Source: Pachysolen tannophilus NRRL Y-2460
Lineage: Eukaryota
NCBI GenBank assembly: GCA_001661245.1
Contig: KV454015.1
Span: 124,001 to 188,000, forward strand
Length of the DNA: 64,000 nucleotides
Direction of reading: 5' to 3'
The position numbers were made by a program, and so were the translations under genes. How positions within the stretch are numbered: position 1 is the first letter of the stretch; each line of letters begins with the position of its first letter. The notes under the pieces are model-generated. The model was given only the letters and a program-made list of their open reading frames with translations. It was not told where the DNA came from and did no database searches. Shown here piece by piece: positions 10,704 to 21,565 of the stretch.

Positions 10704-12317
10704 ATGGATGAATTGCCTACAAGTTTTGGTAACTTCAGTGGTGACAGTGGTATTAGTTCTGATGTGCTCCAAGAACGATATGATAGTTGTTTGAGAGATG
10801 ATTATAAAGAACATGTTAATTTGAAAAAATTAATGGTAAAGGACGATGGCTCATCATCGTCTTCAGATGATGATGATGATGATGATGATAAAGAGGACGA
10901 TAGTGACGAGGATGACGAGGATGACGAGGATGAATATGATGAATATGAATCTTTCCCAATAACTCATGAGTTTAAAATTCAAACGAATTCTAAGAAGATT
11001 ACATCCATTGAATTAAACAAATCGGGGTCAAAATTCTTAGTTGGTTCACAGGATTCTTCTTTGAAGATTTACGATTATAATAATTTGAGTATTCATAACT
11101 GGGTCCCTCGGAAATTCAATCCTTTTAATGAAAAGACAGAGTCAATTTCAGAGTTTGGTGGAAGTATTAAAGAATCAGGAAATTATACTGTTAAAAAGAT
11201 TAAAAATGACAAGATTACTGACAATTTCTTAGTAATACCTAATCATTCTATTTTCAAAATATTAGATTCATATGGGAATGAAATTTTCAAGTCTAATAAA
11301 GGAGATGTCTACTTGCATGATTTAAGATTGACTAAAGGACATATATCGGAAATTAACGATGGAATAATAAAAGGCAATATGGTGATAACGTGTTCTAGCG
11401 ATGCCACTGTCAGAGTATGGGATATAAACCAGACATCCGGTAATAAGCAAGTTAGTTTTTTCAATGAGTTCAAAAAATCTAAGACATCAATTGATAATAT
11501 TTCTTATTGTGGGTTAAATGATAAAAATTTAGTACTTAGTGATTCTACCGGTCAGTTATCATTATTTGATAGCAATAATCTAAATAGACCTTTAACCTCA
11601 ATGAAAATATCAGATTCAGGTATTATATCTTTGTTAGCTAATGAATTCAATAAAGATCAAATATTTACTAGATCATTTAATGATGAGTTGAAGATTTTTG
11701 ATATAAGATTTTTCAAAGATGCTGTTTCTACTAAAGAAGGTTTTAGTCATCGTAATCAATATCAAAATTTACAAGTTTCAGATAATGGCAGTTATTTGAT
11801 TGGTTGCACTTATGACAATGCAGATGAAAAGGGTGATATAGATCATCAGATACATGTACTTGACATAAATGATGATTTGAAAACAGTCTACAAATTGAAC
11901 TTAAATTTTGAACCAACTTGCTTGAAGTGGGATTATAACATTAACGAGATATTGATAGGTTCTACCAGTGGTGACTTATTAACATTATTCTCCAAAAAAT
12001 TGTCTAAAAATGGTGTCAAATTATTGTTAGAAAAAAAGAATACGGGGTTGAAAAGATCATTGAATGATGATGAAGACAATGATGAAAATAATTATTTGAA
12101 TATAAATCAAAAAAATTTGATTTATAATTCTGAAGATCTATATAACAAGACAAAGAACAAGAAACAAAAAAAATTTAACAATGCTAATAACAATAATGTT
12201 CGTTCCAAAAAAAAGATAAATATATGGGGTAAGAGTGAAGAAAATAGTGAAATATTGAATGAAGACCCAAGGGAAGAATTGTTAAAATATGCACAGGTAA
12301 AAAACAAACAAACATGA
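10704..12317 (+). CDS. WD40-repeat protein, WDR70/Gad1 family
   Basis: N-terminal LPTSFG and acidic tract, FPITHE, KGDVYLHDLRLTKGH, SSDATVRVWD, C-terminal EDPREELLKYA. Confidence 0.8.
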   Translation: MDELPTSFGNFSGDSGISSDVLQERYDSCLRDDYKEHVNLKKLMVKDDGSSSSSDDDDDDDDKEDDSDEDDEDDEDEYDEYESFPITHEFKIQTNSKKITSIELNKSGSKFLVGSQDSSLKIYDYNNLSIHNWVPRKFNPFNEKTESISEFGGSIKESGNYTVKKIKNDKITDNFLVIPNHSIFKILDSYGNEIFKSNKGDVYLHDLRLTKGHISEINDGIIKGNMVITCSSDATVRVWDINQTSGNKQVSFFNEFKKSKTSIDNISYCGLNDKNLVLSDSTGQLSLFDSNNLNRPLTSMKISDSGIISLLANEFNKDQIFTRSFNDELKIFDIRFFKDAVSTKEGFSHRNQYQNLQVSDNGSYLIGCTYDNADEKGDIDHQIHVLDINDDLKTVYKLNLNFEPTCLKWDYNINEILIGSTSGDLLTLFSKKLSKNGVKLLLEKKNTGLKRSLNDDEDNDENNYLNINQKNLIYNSEDLYNKTKNKKQKKFNNANNNNVRSKKKINIWGKSEENSEILNEDPREELLKYAQVKNKQT

Positions 12318-12332
12318 TTTCCAGAAATTGAT

Positions 12333-13823
12333 TCATAGTTCTAAATTCAACCATTTTTTGAGTAATTTAATTTTTTCCAAACCCAAAATTTTATCCGTTG
12401 TTAAAGCCCAAATTTGTAGACTTTCAATTTCTTGTCCTGTAATATTTAAATTCTGTATTTTTTTAGAATTGGTATAAAACAATCCTTTACCATTCAAATC
12501 ATTAATGAAAATATTTATAGGTACTTTTAATTTGTAAGATTTACCATCAGAACTTTCTTTCTTTTCATAAAACATCCATGTGATGTTTGAAATATCTAAT
12601 TCATTCCTTGCCAAATGATTATTTTCATTTTTGGGAGGGATTTTTTTAACAAATGTCCTTGGTTTTAAATTATCTTTAATAAAAAAATTAAACCAATTGA
12701 TTAGCTTGGGGATTGAAACGTTATCAATTATTAGCAATCTCAATTGTGGGAAATTAAAATCACAATCATTATTATGCTGCCTAAGTAAAATAGAGAAATC
12801 AAAATTGTAGGCTTCAATTTGTAGTAAGGTTGATTTACTACATTTTAAAAATTTTAAAAGTTCATTGGTAAATTTAATTTTCATTGGTATTGAATTTTCA
12901 TTAATTTCTTGTGTATTATGATTAAAATAATTCTTGTAAAAAGATAAAGTTGCATGTTGTTCAACAAATGTTTGAAAATTTTCTAAAGATCTTAAATTAT
13001 AATCTTCAAAATAATTTTTAATATTTGAAGAAATATGTCTTTGAATAAATGATTTATTTAATGATACAATTGTAAAATATTGTAAATTTGTACATTTAAA
13101 ATCTTTAATATAACATGAATCTTTTAGTTTTGCAAAATCTCGATAAAATTTTCTAGATTTATAATTTTTAATATCAATTCTTAAATATTTTAAAGAATTG
13201 GGTAAATGATATAAAGTAGAAATTAAACCCAATGCATCATTAACTTGAATTTTTAAAATTATTAAATTATTAAAGCTTGGTAATGTAATTTTTGTTAAAT
13301 GAATTCTAAATTTATAAAAAAAATTTGAACGAAATAAATTCTTATTATTCTTATTTAAAAAAGGTCGAATCATATTTAAATTCAGTTTCCTAATATTCAA
13401 ACTTATATTTGGATTTTGTGAAAGCATTAATAATGTAGAACATGCAGAAATTTCTCCAATCTCGTTACTGCATATATTTAAACTTATTAGTTTATACAAT
13501 AATGGTAAATTTGCAACATAAATCTTTGATGAACTTGCCATAAAATTTATAATCGAACTATAATCTTTAAATAAATATAAAAAAAAGCAAATCCTTTGTA
13601 AAATCTCTGATGGTAAATAATCTAAATTTATTCTTTGTTCTTGAGAAAAATCTTGTACATTATCAATCACTGCAGCTTCATTAACTACCATTACAGAAGA
13701 AACTCTATGATATTCTTGAATCAAATTCAATTGCTGATGGAAAATTGCTCGTACATCTGAATATAAGAAATTCTTGAAATATCTATCAACGGTTTTATAA
13801 CCACTATCTGGAATTGATTCCAT
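12333..13823 (-). CDS. Putative F-box protein with LRR-like C-terminal region
   Basis: F-box-like LDYLPSEILQRICFFL; LxxLxI repeats (LKYLRIDI, LQYFTI, LRLLIIDN). First ATG at 13823. Confidence 0.55.
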   Translation of the reverse strand: MESIPDSGYKTVDRYFKNFLYSDVRAIFHQQLNLIQEYHRVSSVMVVNEAAVIDNVQDFSQEQRINLDYLPSEILQRICFFLYLFKDYSSIINFMASSSKIYVANLPLLYKLISLNICSNEIGEISACSTLLMLSQNPNISLNIRKLNLNMIRPFLNKNNKNLFRSNFFYKFRIHLTKITLPSFNNLIILKIQVNDALGLISTLYHLPNSLKYLRIDIKNYKSRKFYRDFAKLKDSCYIKDFKCTNLQYFTIVSLNKSFIQRHISSNIKNYFEDYNLRSLENFQTFVEQHATLSFYKNYFNHNTQEINENSIPMKIKFTNELLKFLKCSKSTLLQIEAYNFDFSILLRQHNNDCDFNFPQLRLLIIDNVSIPKLINWFNFFIKDNLKPRTFVKKIPPKNENNHLARNELDISNITWMFYEKKESSDGKSYKLKVPINIFINDLNGKGLFYTNSKKIQNLNITGQEIESLQIWALTTDKILGLEKIKLLKKWLNLEL

Positions 13824-14467
13824 CTTAAAATACTTTAATACCAACAAATTGTTGTATGGTTTTATGAAAAGAATAGGGGGAGTGCGGCTTTTAAAAATAA
13901 AGGCCCTTTTTAACCAATGCGTTACTAATAAAATCAACTATAAAATACAACGTTAAACAACGCAAAACTGAAAAAAAAAAAAAAAAAAAAAGAAAAATTA
14001 TTCTAATAACTAGTAACTTACCTAACCACCATTACCATTACCACTACACACTACAACCTTATCACCACTTCAAAAAAAACCTCCACGCATCTTCTTTTTT
14101 TTGTTGCTTCTTTGGATTTTGTACCAATCAATCCTCCCACATTAACACCCACATTTACACCCCTATTATTTAACTGCAATTTTGCTTTTTTGAACACAGA
14201 AACAAACGCAGAAACAAACGCGCATAAATTTTATTTTTATTGTTTCTTTAATTGAGCCGCAGTTTAAGAGGCAATTTAAAAAAGGCGATTTCTCTTTTGG
14301 GATTTTTGGATTTGCATACACTACTTTGAATTATAAATAAATATAAATATAAATATAAATATAAATCTATCATTTTGGTGTATTTGAAAAAGGTAAACAA
14401 ACCAAAAATAATAAGAAGAATAGGAATTAGTGATATTAGTGATATTAGTGGTTAGTGAATAGTGATA

Positions 14468-15055
14468 ATGTCAGAGCATAGTGTTGGAGCCACTACACCG
14501 GTCAAGCAATCGAATGTATTTCAAGAACAGCGCTATTGGGGGAAAGAGGCGGTAGATAACCAAGGTTTTGATAATGAACAAGAAGAGAATGATTCAAGGG
14601 TAAATATTAAATCCGAATTTTTGGAAACTACTCCGTCGTCGTCATCAAAGAATACAGGGAATAACAAAAATGTTTATAATTTGAAAAGAGGGCCTGCTAC
14701 GCCATTGACACCAACTTTTATACAACAAAATATCATTAGAAGAAAAGTTGCCGCTGATGAAATTGGAAATCAACATATAGAAAGTTTGAAAAATGGAGGG
14801 AATACATTTACAGTAAGTCCAATAAAGGAGACACAAGTTCAAGATAATTGTATACAAGAGAAGCTGGATGATAGGAAAGAGGAAGAGATGATAGCAGATT
14901 TTACTCAAGCTGAATTACAAGATTTGAATGAAAAGATACGTTTAATAGAATTGAAGAAACAAGATTTTTTCAAAAATGAAGATTATAAGAATGTAAAAGA
15001 CTTGTTAAATTTTATGATTATAGAAAGAGAATATGAGAAAAAAATTCTCAACTAA
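14468..15055 (+). CDS. Hypothetical ~195-aa protein with TP/SP sites and C-terminal coiled coil
   Basis: Open frame with coding-like composition; family not recognised. Confidence 0.7.
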   Translation: MSEHSVGATTPVKQSNVFQEQRYWGKEAVDNQGFDNEQEENDSRVNIKSEFLETTPSSSSKNTGNNKNVYNLKRGPATPLTPTFIQQNIIRRKVAADEIGNQHIESLKNGGNTFTVSPIKETQVQDNCIQEKLDDRKEEEMIADFTQAELQDLNEKIRLIELKKQDFFKNEDYKNVKDLLNFMIIEREYEKKILN

Positions 15056-15101
15056 TTTTTCAAAATAAATTTTTATAAAAATTTATAAATTTCTATTTAT
15101 A

Positions 15102-16112
15102 TTATGCAACGAGTAGATCTAATATTTCATCAGCGGTTATCCTACTTGATGATTGATATATAGTAGCTTTTGTGAAAATTTTTTTCATATTGATATCATC
15201 ACATCTAGGTAAGATTTCATCAACAGAAAGACCTTTTTGAGGGAAAAAATTCATTTTTTGGAAAGTATCAATATGTTTAACTTCTTCCCAATTGGATAAA
15301 TTTTGAGTTCCAAATTTTTGTAAAATTGAAGATAATAATGCTAAATCACTAAAATTACCATCATTATCCAATATTGGCTCACAATTTTGAGAATAAATTA
15401 ATGTCATTACTATAGCCAATGCCCAAATATCAACAGCTGATGAATAAGTATTAAGACTAAACATTAATTCAGGCGCTTTATATAAACCAGTGGCAATATC
15501 GGTAATTTTCTTTGTCGAAGGTTCTTTCCCATAATTATCTGGTGCAGTCCAGCTTATTCCAAAATCAATCAATACCGGATCAGAATCCAAACTCTTGAAT
15601 AAAATATTTTCAGGTTTAATATCTCTATGAATAATCTTATTTTTATGTAGAAAACTTAACGATTTAGCTAATGCAATAACCATTTCTTTAGCCCTGGACA
15701 ACGGTAACTTATTTATTCTATTTATAGCAAGTGAACTATCATCGTTCTCCTTATCTTCACAATCTTTGTTAAAAATATTTCCAAATAAATTTATCTTTTT
15801 TTTAGAATTCAGTTTAATGACATCTTCAAGATTAAATGGATAAAATGGGAAAACCATTATTAACTCATCACCAATTTCAAAATCATCTAACAACTCAATC
15901 ACATTATAATCCTTACCGCCCTTCCCATTCAACCTCATCAATGTTTTCAATTCTATCCTACTATTATGAGGAGGACGATCATCCATAGGATCAGTTATCT
16001 TCAAAGCAACCTCATTTACTCCATTTCCAAGTCCAACTTCAGCCTTATAAACAGCACTAAAAGGACCTGAGTATATCCTCTTCCTATTGATATATAACTT
16101 ATTCTTCTCCAT
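15102..16112 (-). CDS. CAK1: Monomeric CDK-activating kinase Cak1
   Basis: Kinase motifs HRDIKPEN, DFG, YKAPEL; Cak1-type PPHN motif and degenerate Gly loop; adjacent to GYP8. Confidence 0.88.
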   Translation of the reverse strand: MEKNKLYINRKRIYSGPFSAVYKAEVGLGNGVNEVALKITDPMDDRPPHNSRIELKTLMRLNGKGGKDYNVIELLDDFEIGDELIMVFPFYPFNLEDVIKLNSKKKINLFGNIFNKDCEDKENDDSSLAINRINKLPLSRAKEMVIALAKSLSFLHKNKIIHRDIKPENILFKSLDSDPVLIDFGISWTAPDNYGKEPSTKKITDIATGLYKAPELMFSLNTYSSAVDIWALAIVMTLIYSQNCEPILDNDGNFSDLALLSSILQKFGTQNLSNWEEVKHIDTFQKMNFFPQKGLSVDEILPRCDDINMKKIFTKATIYQSSSRITADEILDLLVA

Positions 16113-16467
16113 TACCTCTTTAATTCCTCGTTAATTAACTATTTTAGTTTTAACACAAAACAGAAAATGAACGTAAAGAAAATAAAAAGAAAAATATAAA
16201 AAAATAAAAAGTAAAGCAACATAATAATAATTTATAATTATAATTATAATTAAAAAATAAAGAGCAAAAAAAAAAAAAAAAAATTAAAATAAAATCAATA
16301 ATTAGAAAGGAGAAAAGGCAAGAGAGAGGTTGATCAAATCATATTAGGCAAAAAGAGGGTTTTATATCAATTTTTGGTTGTTGATTAGTTGTATTTAATT
16401 GTATTGTTGTTTTGTTTGATTGTTTGATCGAATATTAATTCCCCCACATTAATATTATCTGGTTACC

Positions 16468-18027
16468 ATGTCAGCGTCTATCCATCGAGAATGGGTTCAG
16501 ATGGAATTAGGTGATATGGGGAAGTCGATATTTAACGATTTGCCGCTTTCTGAAGATAGAGCTGAATTGAAAAAATCAAGCATTGAAACGGCGTTGGCAT
16601 TTGAAGATTATCAATTATTGACTTCATTAATAAAAACTAGAGAAGGTTTATTAACTGTAGAATTAAGAAGAAAGATTTGGCCAATTTTGATGGGCATTAA
16701 AGATATTAATGCAATAAATCATGTGAATTTGGAGACAAATAGACAGGTTGATTATAAGACATTACCAAAACATAAAGATGAAGATCAATTAAAATTGGAC
16801 GTTGATAGAAGTTTTGTATTTTATCCAAGGGAAAAATCTGATTTTGAAATTTCAATCTTGAGAGAAAAATTGATGATTTTAGTTACTAAGATTTTAAGGT
16901 TTAATCCTCTTTTAAATTATTACCAAGGTTATCATGATATTGCTAGTATCTTTTTATTAGTATTTAAAGATGAAAATCAAAGTTTTAATGCTCTTGAATT
17001 TTTCACTCTTTTCAGCTTAAGAGATTTCATGTTACCAACAATTGATTCATCAGTTGATCATTTAAGGTTAATACCTGATCTCTTGAGTAAGATTGATTAT
17101 AAATTCAGTAAATTGATTGATTCTTTAGATCCATTTTATTCATTATCTTCAATTATAACATTATATGCCCATAATTTTACAAGATTCCAAGATGTTTGTC
17201 TCTTGTGGGATTTTATAATGGTTGAAAATTCAATTGTTGTATCGGTTTATTTTTATAGTTCAGTCTTGATATATTACAAAGAACAAATCTTAGATGACTT
17301 GATGGAACTATCTGGTTGTTCAGATGAAAAAGATTTAATAAGTGAGAAATTTCTAATGAATAATAAGGATATAATTCATTCGATACTATCAGGTGTTGTT
17401 AGCAAGAATTTAAACAGAGAAAATTGTCAATCACAATTTTTCGAGATCTTGCAATTAACCTTGGGGTATTTGAACAAATTCCCTCCTTCCAAATTGAATA
17501 CTTTCAATAATGATATTTCTTCGAATTCTGTGTTAAAGACATCATCAATCTATGTACCTAATTTATCATTTGAACAAATTGAAAGTAAGACAAAATTTTA
17601 TACATATCCTTTCTTGAAAAAATTATTTAAGGAACAGGTAAAAGAAAATCAACAAAAGCAAGCGGATGAAAAATTGATGAAAAGCTTTTCTGGTCCGTCA
17701 ATGCCATCTCAGAGACTTTATTTCTTATCTAAATTTTTGTCATCTTCCTATCATCAAAAAGGTACTAATAGAAATTCAAAATCCATTAAGGTTCGTAATA
17801 AAAATTTTCAACTTTCTACATTTATCTTTAGGCTTTCTTTCACAATTGGCATTGGAATTATATTAAAATATTATTTTGATCAACACGAAATCAACTTTAG
17901 TTCAAATGATAATTTTTTCGTTATTGGCTTCCAATCTATGAATAAAGCATTGAGAAATAATGGATTTAACTTGACTGGCTTTAGTTTACTTGACGTCAAG
18001 AATTGCGTCTATAGATTTATCAAATAG
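16468..18027 (+). CDS. GYP8: TBC-domain Rab GAP Gyp8 (TBC1D20 family)
   Basis: LRRKIWPILM, DEDQLKLDVDRSF, YYQGYHDIA, LRDFM; C-terminal hydrophobic segment. Confidence 0.88.
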   Translation: MSASIHREWVQMELGDMGKSIFNDLPLSEDRAELKKSSIETALAFEDYQLLTSLIKTREGLLTVELRRKIWPILMGIKDINAINHVNLETNRQVDYKTLPKHKDEDQLKLDVDRSFVFYPREKSDFEISILREKLMILVTKILRFNPLLNYYQGYHDIASIFLLVFKDENQSFNALEFFTLFSLRDFMLPTIDSSVDHLRLIPDLLSKIDYKFSKLIDSLDPFYSLSSIITLYAHNFTRFQDVCLLWDFIMVENSIVVSVYFYSSVLIYYKEQILDDLMELSGCSDEKDLISEKFLMNNKDIIHSILSGVVSKNLNRENCQSQFFEILQLTLGYLNKFPPSKLNTFNNDISSNSVLKTSSIYVPNLSFEQIESKTKFYTYPFLKKLFKEQVKENQQKQADEKLMKSFSGPSMPSQRLYFLSKFLSSSYHQKGTNRNSKSIKVRNKNFQLSTFIFRLSFTIGIGIILKYYFDQHEINFSSNDNFFVIGFQSMNKALRNNGFNLTGFSLLDVKNCVYRFIK

Positions 18028-18091
18028 TTTGGTTTAGATCTATGTTGATTTTTCTTTCATATCTTTTTGAAGCTTGAAGGTTTTGGGGTTT

Positions 18092-18168
18092 TTTTTCCGT
18101 CGTTGTTTTTCGTCGTTGTTTTTCGTCGTTGTTTTTTGTCTTGGTTTTTTGTCTTGGTTTTTGTGTCT
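18092..18168. repeat. Degenerate 13-bp tandem repeat in the GYP8 3' region
   Basis: (TTTTTCGTCGTTG)x3 grading into (TTTTTTGTCTTGG)x2 and a partial unit. Confidence 0.85.
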
Positions 18169-18539
18169 TTCTTTGTTTTTTTTTATGTTAATTGGTTACA
18201 CACAAGATAAGGGTTTGCATTTGTTTCACTGTGTTAAGTTAAGCTAAGGATAATCTACGGAACTAGATATTAATAATGAGTTATGCGTTTGTGCCTGGTG
18301 TTTTTTATTTTAATCATTTGATATTTTTGAATCGATTATTTTTTTTATTTTTTTAAGTGTTTTTACTGTTTATTTCTTTTTACTTACGTACATAACATGA
18401 CTTTCATGGGATCACCATTTCGTCTATTATTAACAAACTAATATTTCTAATCGAAATCCCTTTGTAAGGAAATAAAAAAAAAAGATGGAAATAAAAATTT
18501 TTGTGGGAAATATAATATTACAAGTAGTCATTGAGTTAT

Positions 18540-20660
18540 TTATGAATCTATAGTTACTTCATAGATTAGGACCATCTCAGTACTAACACCATTCCAGCCT
18601 CTGTTCCCACTTGCACTAACCATGAACCTGCATGTTGGATCAATGTACAAATCTGAGAGAACACCACCATGATGTCCTGGAATAATCATAAATGGGATTT
18701 TAGATTTCTTTGAATTCTTATTCACAGAATTCTCATAAAGTCTTAAATCATACAATCTAATATTGTCGTTTGATCCACAAAGTATATGGTGATTATTCAA
18801 CATTGGTTTAACAATTGAAACAGGTCCTGAGACTTGTGGAAATTTCATTGTCTTTGATGCAACTGATTCCCTCACACCGTTGACATTGCTAAAAGGCATT
18901 TTAATGGAAAATTCTTCAACACTAGAATTTCTTCTTCCAGCATATATATAATCACCATCAATGGACCAACACGAGGACATACACCAAGGTGGTGTATTTC
19001 TAGGAGTGGGTATTCTCAAGACATTATTTGACGAAGAAGGTAATCTTGCATCCCATACATTGACCGCACCATCCATGGAAGAAGACAAAAAAATATTGCC
19101 ATCACGTACTGTAGTATTTATTGGAAAGGATTCGTTTTGCTGTTGCTTCAATTCTTGTTTCATTGTACTTAAATCTTCATTCTTGGCTGTTTCTACATCA
19201 TCATCCAAACTCTTCTCTTTTTCCTTGTCATTTTGCTTGTCCTTTTCCTTATTATTTTCTTCGTCATCATCACTCCCAAACAAAGAATCCAAATCATCGT
19301 CATTTTTGTTATCATTCAGCTGCAGTTCCAGCAGTTCAGAATTATCATTATCTTCTTCTTCTATATTTTCATAAATCGATGGATCAATCAGTATACCAGT
19401 TGCTGGTCTATATTCAAGGTTAGATATTTGCCCTGTTGCACCTTTGTATTCATTAACAACAGATCCATTGTTTAAATCCCATTCCAAGATTTTCCTATCC
19501 CATGAACCACTTATAAATTTATTTTCATCTTGATTTAATTTTACAACACTGACGGCATCATTATGTTGATTTGGCAGATTCCCATGTTGGAAATAATGTC
19601 GTATTGAACCTTCACTATGCCTTACTGATTGTAAAGCAATTCCTCCACTTGATAATCCTGATAATAACCAAAGCGATTCTTTTTGAACTGCTAAAGTATA
19701 TACAGGTGAAAGTTTTGGTTCATAATGGGTCAATGATACTTGTTGATTTTTATAATTATTTTCATTTTCAATTGTCTTTCTTGATTTTGCACCTTTTTTC
19801 TTTGCAGGTGCAGAGACAGCATTTGATTTACTTAATTCATCTCTATAAATTGGTTGTTCATTTTCCCAATAGGATGATATTAGTCCTGCTAAAGAAATTG
19901 AATCCACTAAAAGATGTTTTTGTGCTACTGTCAATTGTAATTTACCTTCAATTGATCCAATAAAATCGTATTTTCTTATAAATCCATCTTCTCCACCTGT
20001 GAACAACCATTTAGGACCTTTTGATAATGCAATAGAATGAATTGGAGAAGCATATGGAATTGCAACATATGGTGCAATATCAAATGAATTTGCATGTGTT
20101 GCTGTATAAATCAATTTCTCTCTAATGTTTTCCAGTTCCGGCTCAACGCTTGAAGATTTCTTTGCCTTTTTATCTTTTTCAGCATCTTCAGCATCTTGAG
20201 TATCTTCTTCTTCTTCTTCTTCGTCTTCATCATTATTTTCTTCTTGATCATCATCCTGATCTTGGTCTTCTCCATCTTCTCCATCTTCTCCATCATCTTC
20301 ATCCTCATCCTCGTCATCATTGTCTTCGTCATCCTCGTCGTCTTCATCGCCGTCACCTTCGCCATTGCCGTCCCCATCACCTTCACCGTCACCTTCACCT
20401 TCCAGATCTGCATCAAAATCCACCTCCAGATCCTGGCGCTGATCTCTATCATCATCTTCATCATCATCCTCATCATTGTCATCGTCATTGTCCTCATCAT
20501 TGTCCTCCTCTTCTTCCTCATCATCATCATCTTCCATCAGTTCATTTGGAGCTTGAGTTAACTCTTCATCTTCCTCCTCTTCTTCTTCTTCTTCCTCTTC
20601 CAAACCAGCATCTAGCATTTCAGTATCATTATCATTGAACAAATCATCATTGATATTCAT
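18540..20660 (-). CDS. SPT8: SAGA subunit Spt8 (acidic N-terminus plus WD40)
   Basis: FTGGEDGFIRKYD, SYWENEQP, TPPWCMSSCWS, YAGRRN, IIPGHHGG, SASGNRGW. Confidence 0.96.
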   Translation of the reverse strand: MNINDDLFNDNDTEMLDAGLEEEEEEEEEEDEELTQAPNELMEDDDDEEEEEDNDEDNDDDNDEDDDEDDDRDQRQDLEVDFDADLEGEGDGEGDGDGNGEGDGDEDDEDDEDNDDEDEDEDDGEDGEDGEDQDQDDDQEENNDEDEEEEEEDTQDAEDAEKDKKAKKSSSVEPELENIREKLIYTATHANSFDIAPYVAIPYASPIHSIALSKGPKWLFTGGEDGFIRKYDFIGSIEGKLQLTVAQKHLLVDSISLAGLISSYWENEQPIYRDELSKSNAVSAPAKKKGAKSRKTIENENNYKNQQVSLTHYEPKLSPVYTLAVQKESLWLLSGLSSGGIALQSVRHSEGSIRHYFQHGNLPNQHNDAVSVVKLNQDENKFISGSWDRKILEWDLNNGSVVNEYKGATGQISNLEYRPATGILIDPSIYENIEEEDNDNSELLELQLNDNKNDDDLDSLFGSDDDEENNKEKDKQNDKEKEKSLDDDVETAKNEDLSTMKQELKQQQNESFPINTTVRDGNIFLSSSMDGAVNVWDARLPSSSNNVLRIPTPRNTPPWCMSSCWSIDGDYIYAGRRNSSVEEFSIKMPFSNVNGVRESVASKTMKFPQVSGPVSIVKPMLNNHHILCGSNDNIRLYDLRLYENSVNKNSKKSKIPFMIIPGHHGGVLSDLYIDPTCRFMVSASGNRGWNGVSTEMVLIYEVTIDS

Positions 20661-21158
20661 TATTAAGATAACAAAGTTATAAATATCAAATCACTAAACT
20701 TATTTCCCAAGTTTTCTTTTCTTACCGTCTTCTTCTTCTTACCCACCGTCTTATTGGAAAACCACTGAAAAATATAAATGGTTCACTTAATGGCCCATTT
20801 TCTATTTTTTTTTTTCTCTTTTTGAACTTTGTGAACTTTTTCTTAATTAAATTTGATTATCAAATACACGACCATGTTTTTCTTCCTTTTTACTTTGATT
20901 TTATAACCAATTTTCCAGAAATTGATTAAAAAAACGAGAGAAATAGTGCCATTGGCTAATTAGACGAGTTGGAACGTAATGATGAGCTGAGAAGAGCAAG
21001 TCTGGGTTTTGAAAAAAAAAAAAAAAAATAAAAAAAAATTGTTTTTCTTTATATATTTTTGTTCAGCAATAGATCGATAGTTAGATAAATAATAGTAGTT
21101 TTTTTATATACTACACGTATAAAACGAGCCAGAACCTTTTTAAGATTCCGTGTTCTAA

Positions 21159-21231
21159 GCCCGTGTAGCGTAATGGTTAACGCGTTTGACTTCTAATCAA
21201 AAGATTCTGGGTTCGACTCCCAGCATGGGTG
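21159..21231 (+). tRNA. tRNA-Arg(UCU)
   Basis: Cloverleaf: acceptor GCCCGTG/CATGGGT, anticodon arm TTTGA-CTTCTAA-TCAAA, T arm CTGGG-TTCGACT-CCCAG; oligo-T terminator from about 21240. Confidence 0.97.
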
Positions 21232-21565
21232 CTTTAACATTTTTTTTTTTTTTTTTAATCTTTCTATTCTTCACAGATGGATTTATTTGTGAATTTAAAG
21301 ATATATCTTTTATAGAATGAATGTAAGAATCTAAAAATGCTATTAATGAACTCATAGGGGTTAATGTTATGGATAATGAATAATCATCATTTGATTTTGT
21401 GAAAAATAAATAAAATAAAAAAAAAAAAAAAAAAATTTACACAAAATTACATAAGTTAAAAAAGTTTTTTATTTTTTTTATTTTATTTATTTTTCAAGTA
21501 GAAATAATAGTTTATTCATTTAATTGAAGAACGAGGTAGAGGTATTGAAATATAGTGCTGCTGAT

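Noticed and set aside
20111..20638. Met-rich, His-rich and Ile/Phe-rich ORFs overlapping SPT8
   Set aside because: Alternate frames of the GAT/GAA acidic repeat of SPT8. The same applies to shadow ORFs over NAF1, EPO1, RRN5, FKS1 and SEY1.
20978..20990. ATGATGAGCTGA as C/D boxes (similar at 2419-2429)
   Set aside because: The boxes are adjacent with no room for a guide; GATGAG fits a PAC promoter motif.
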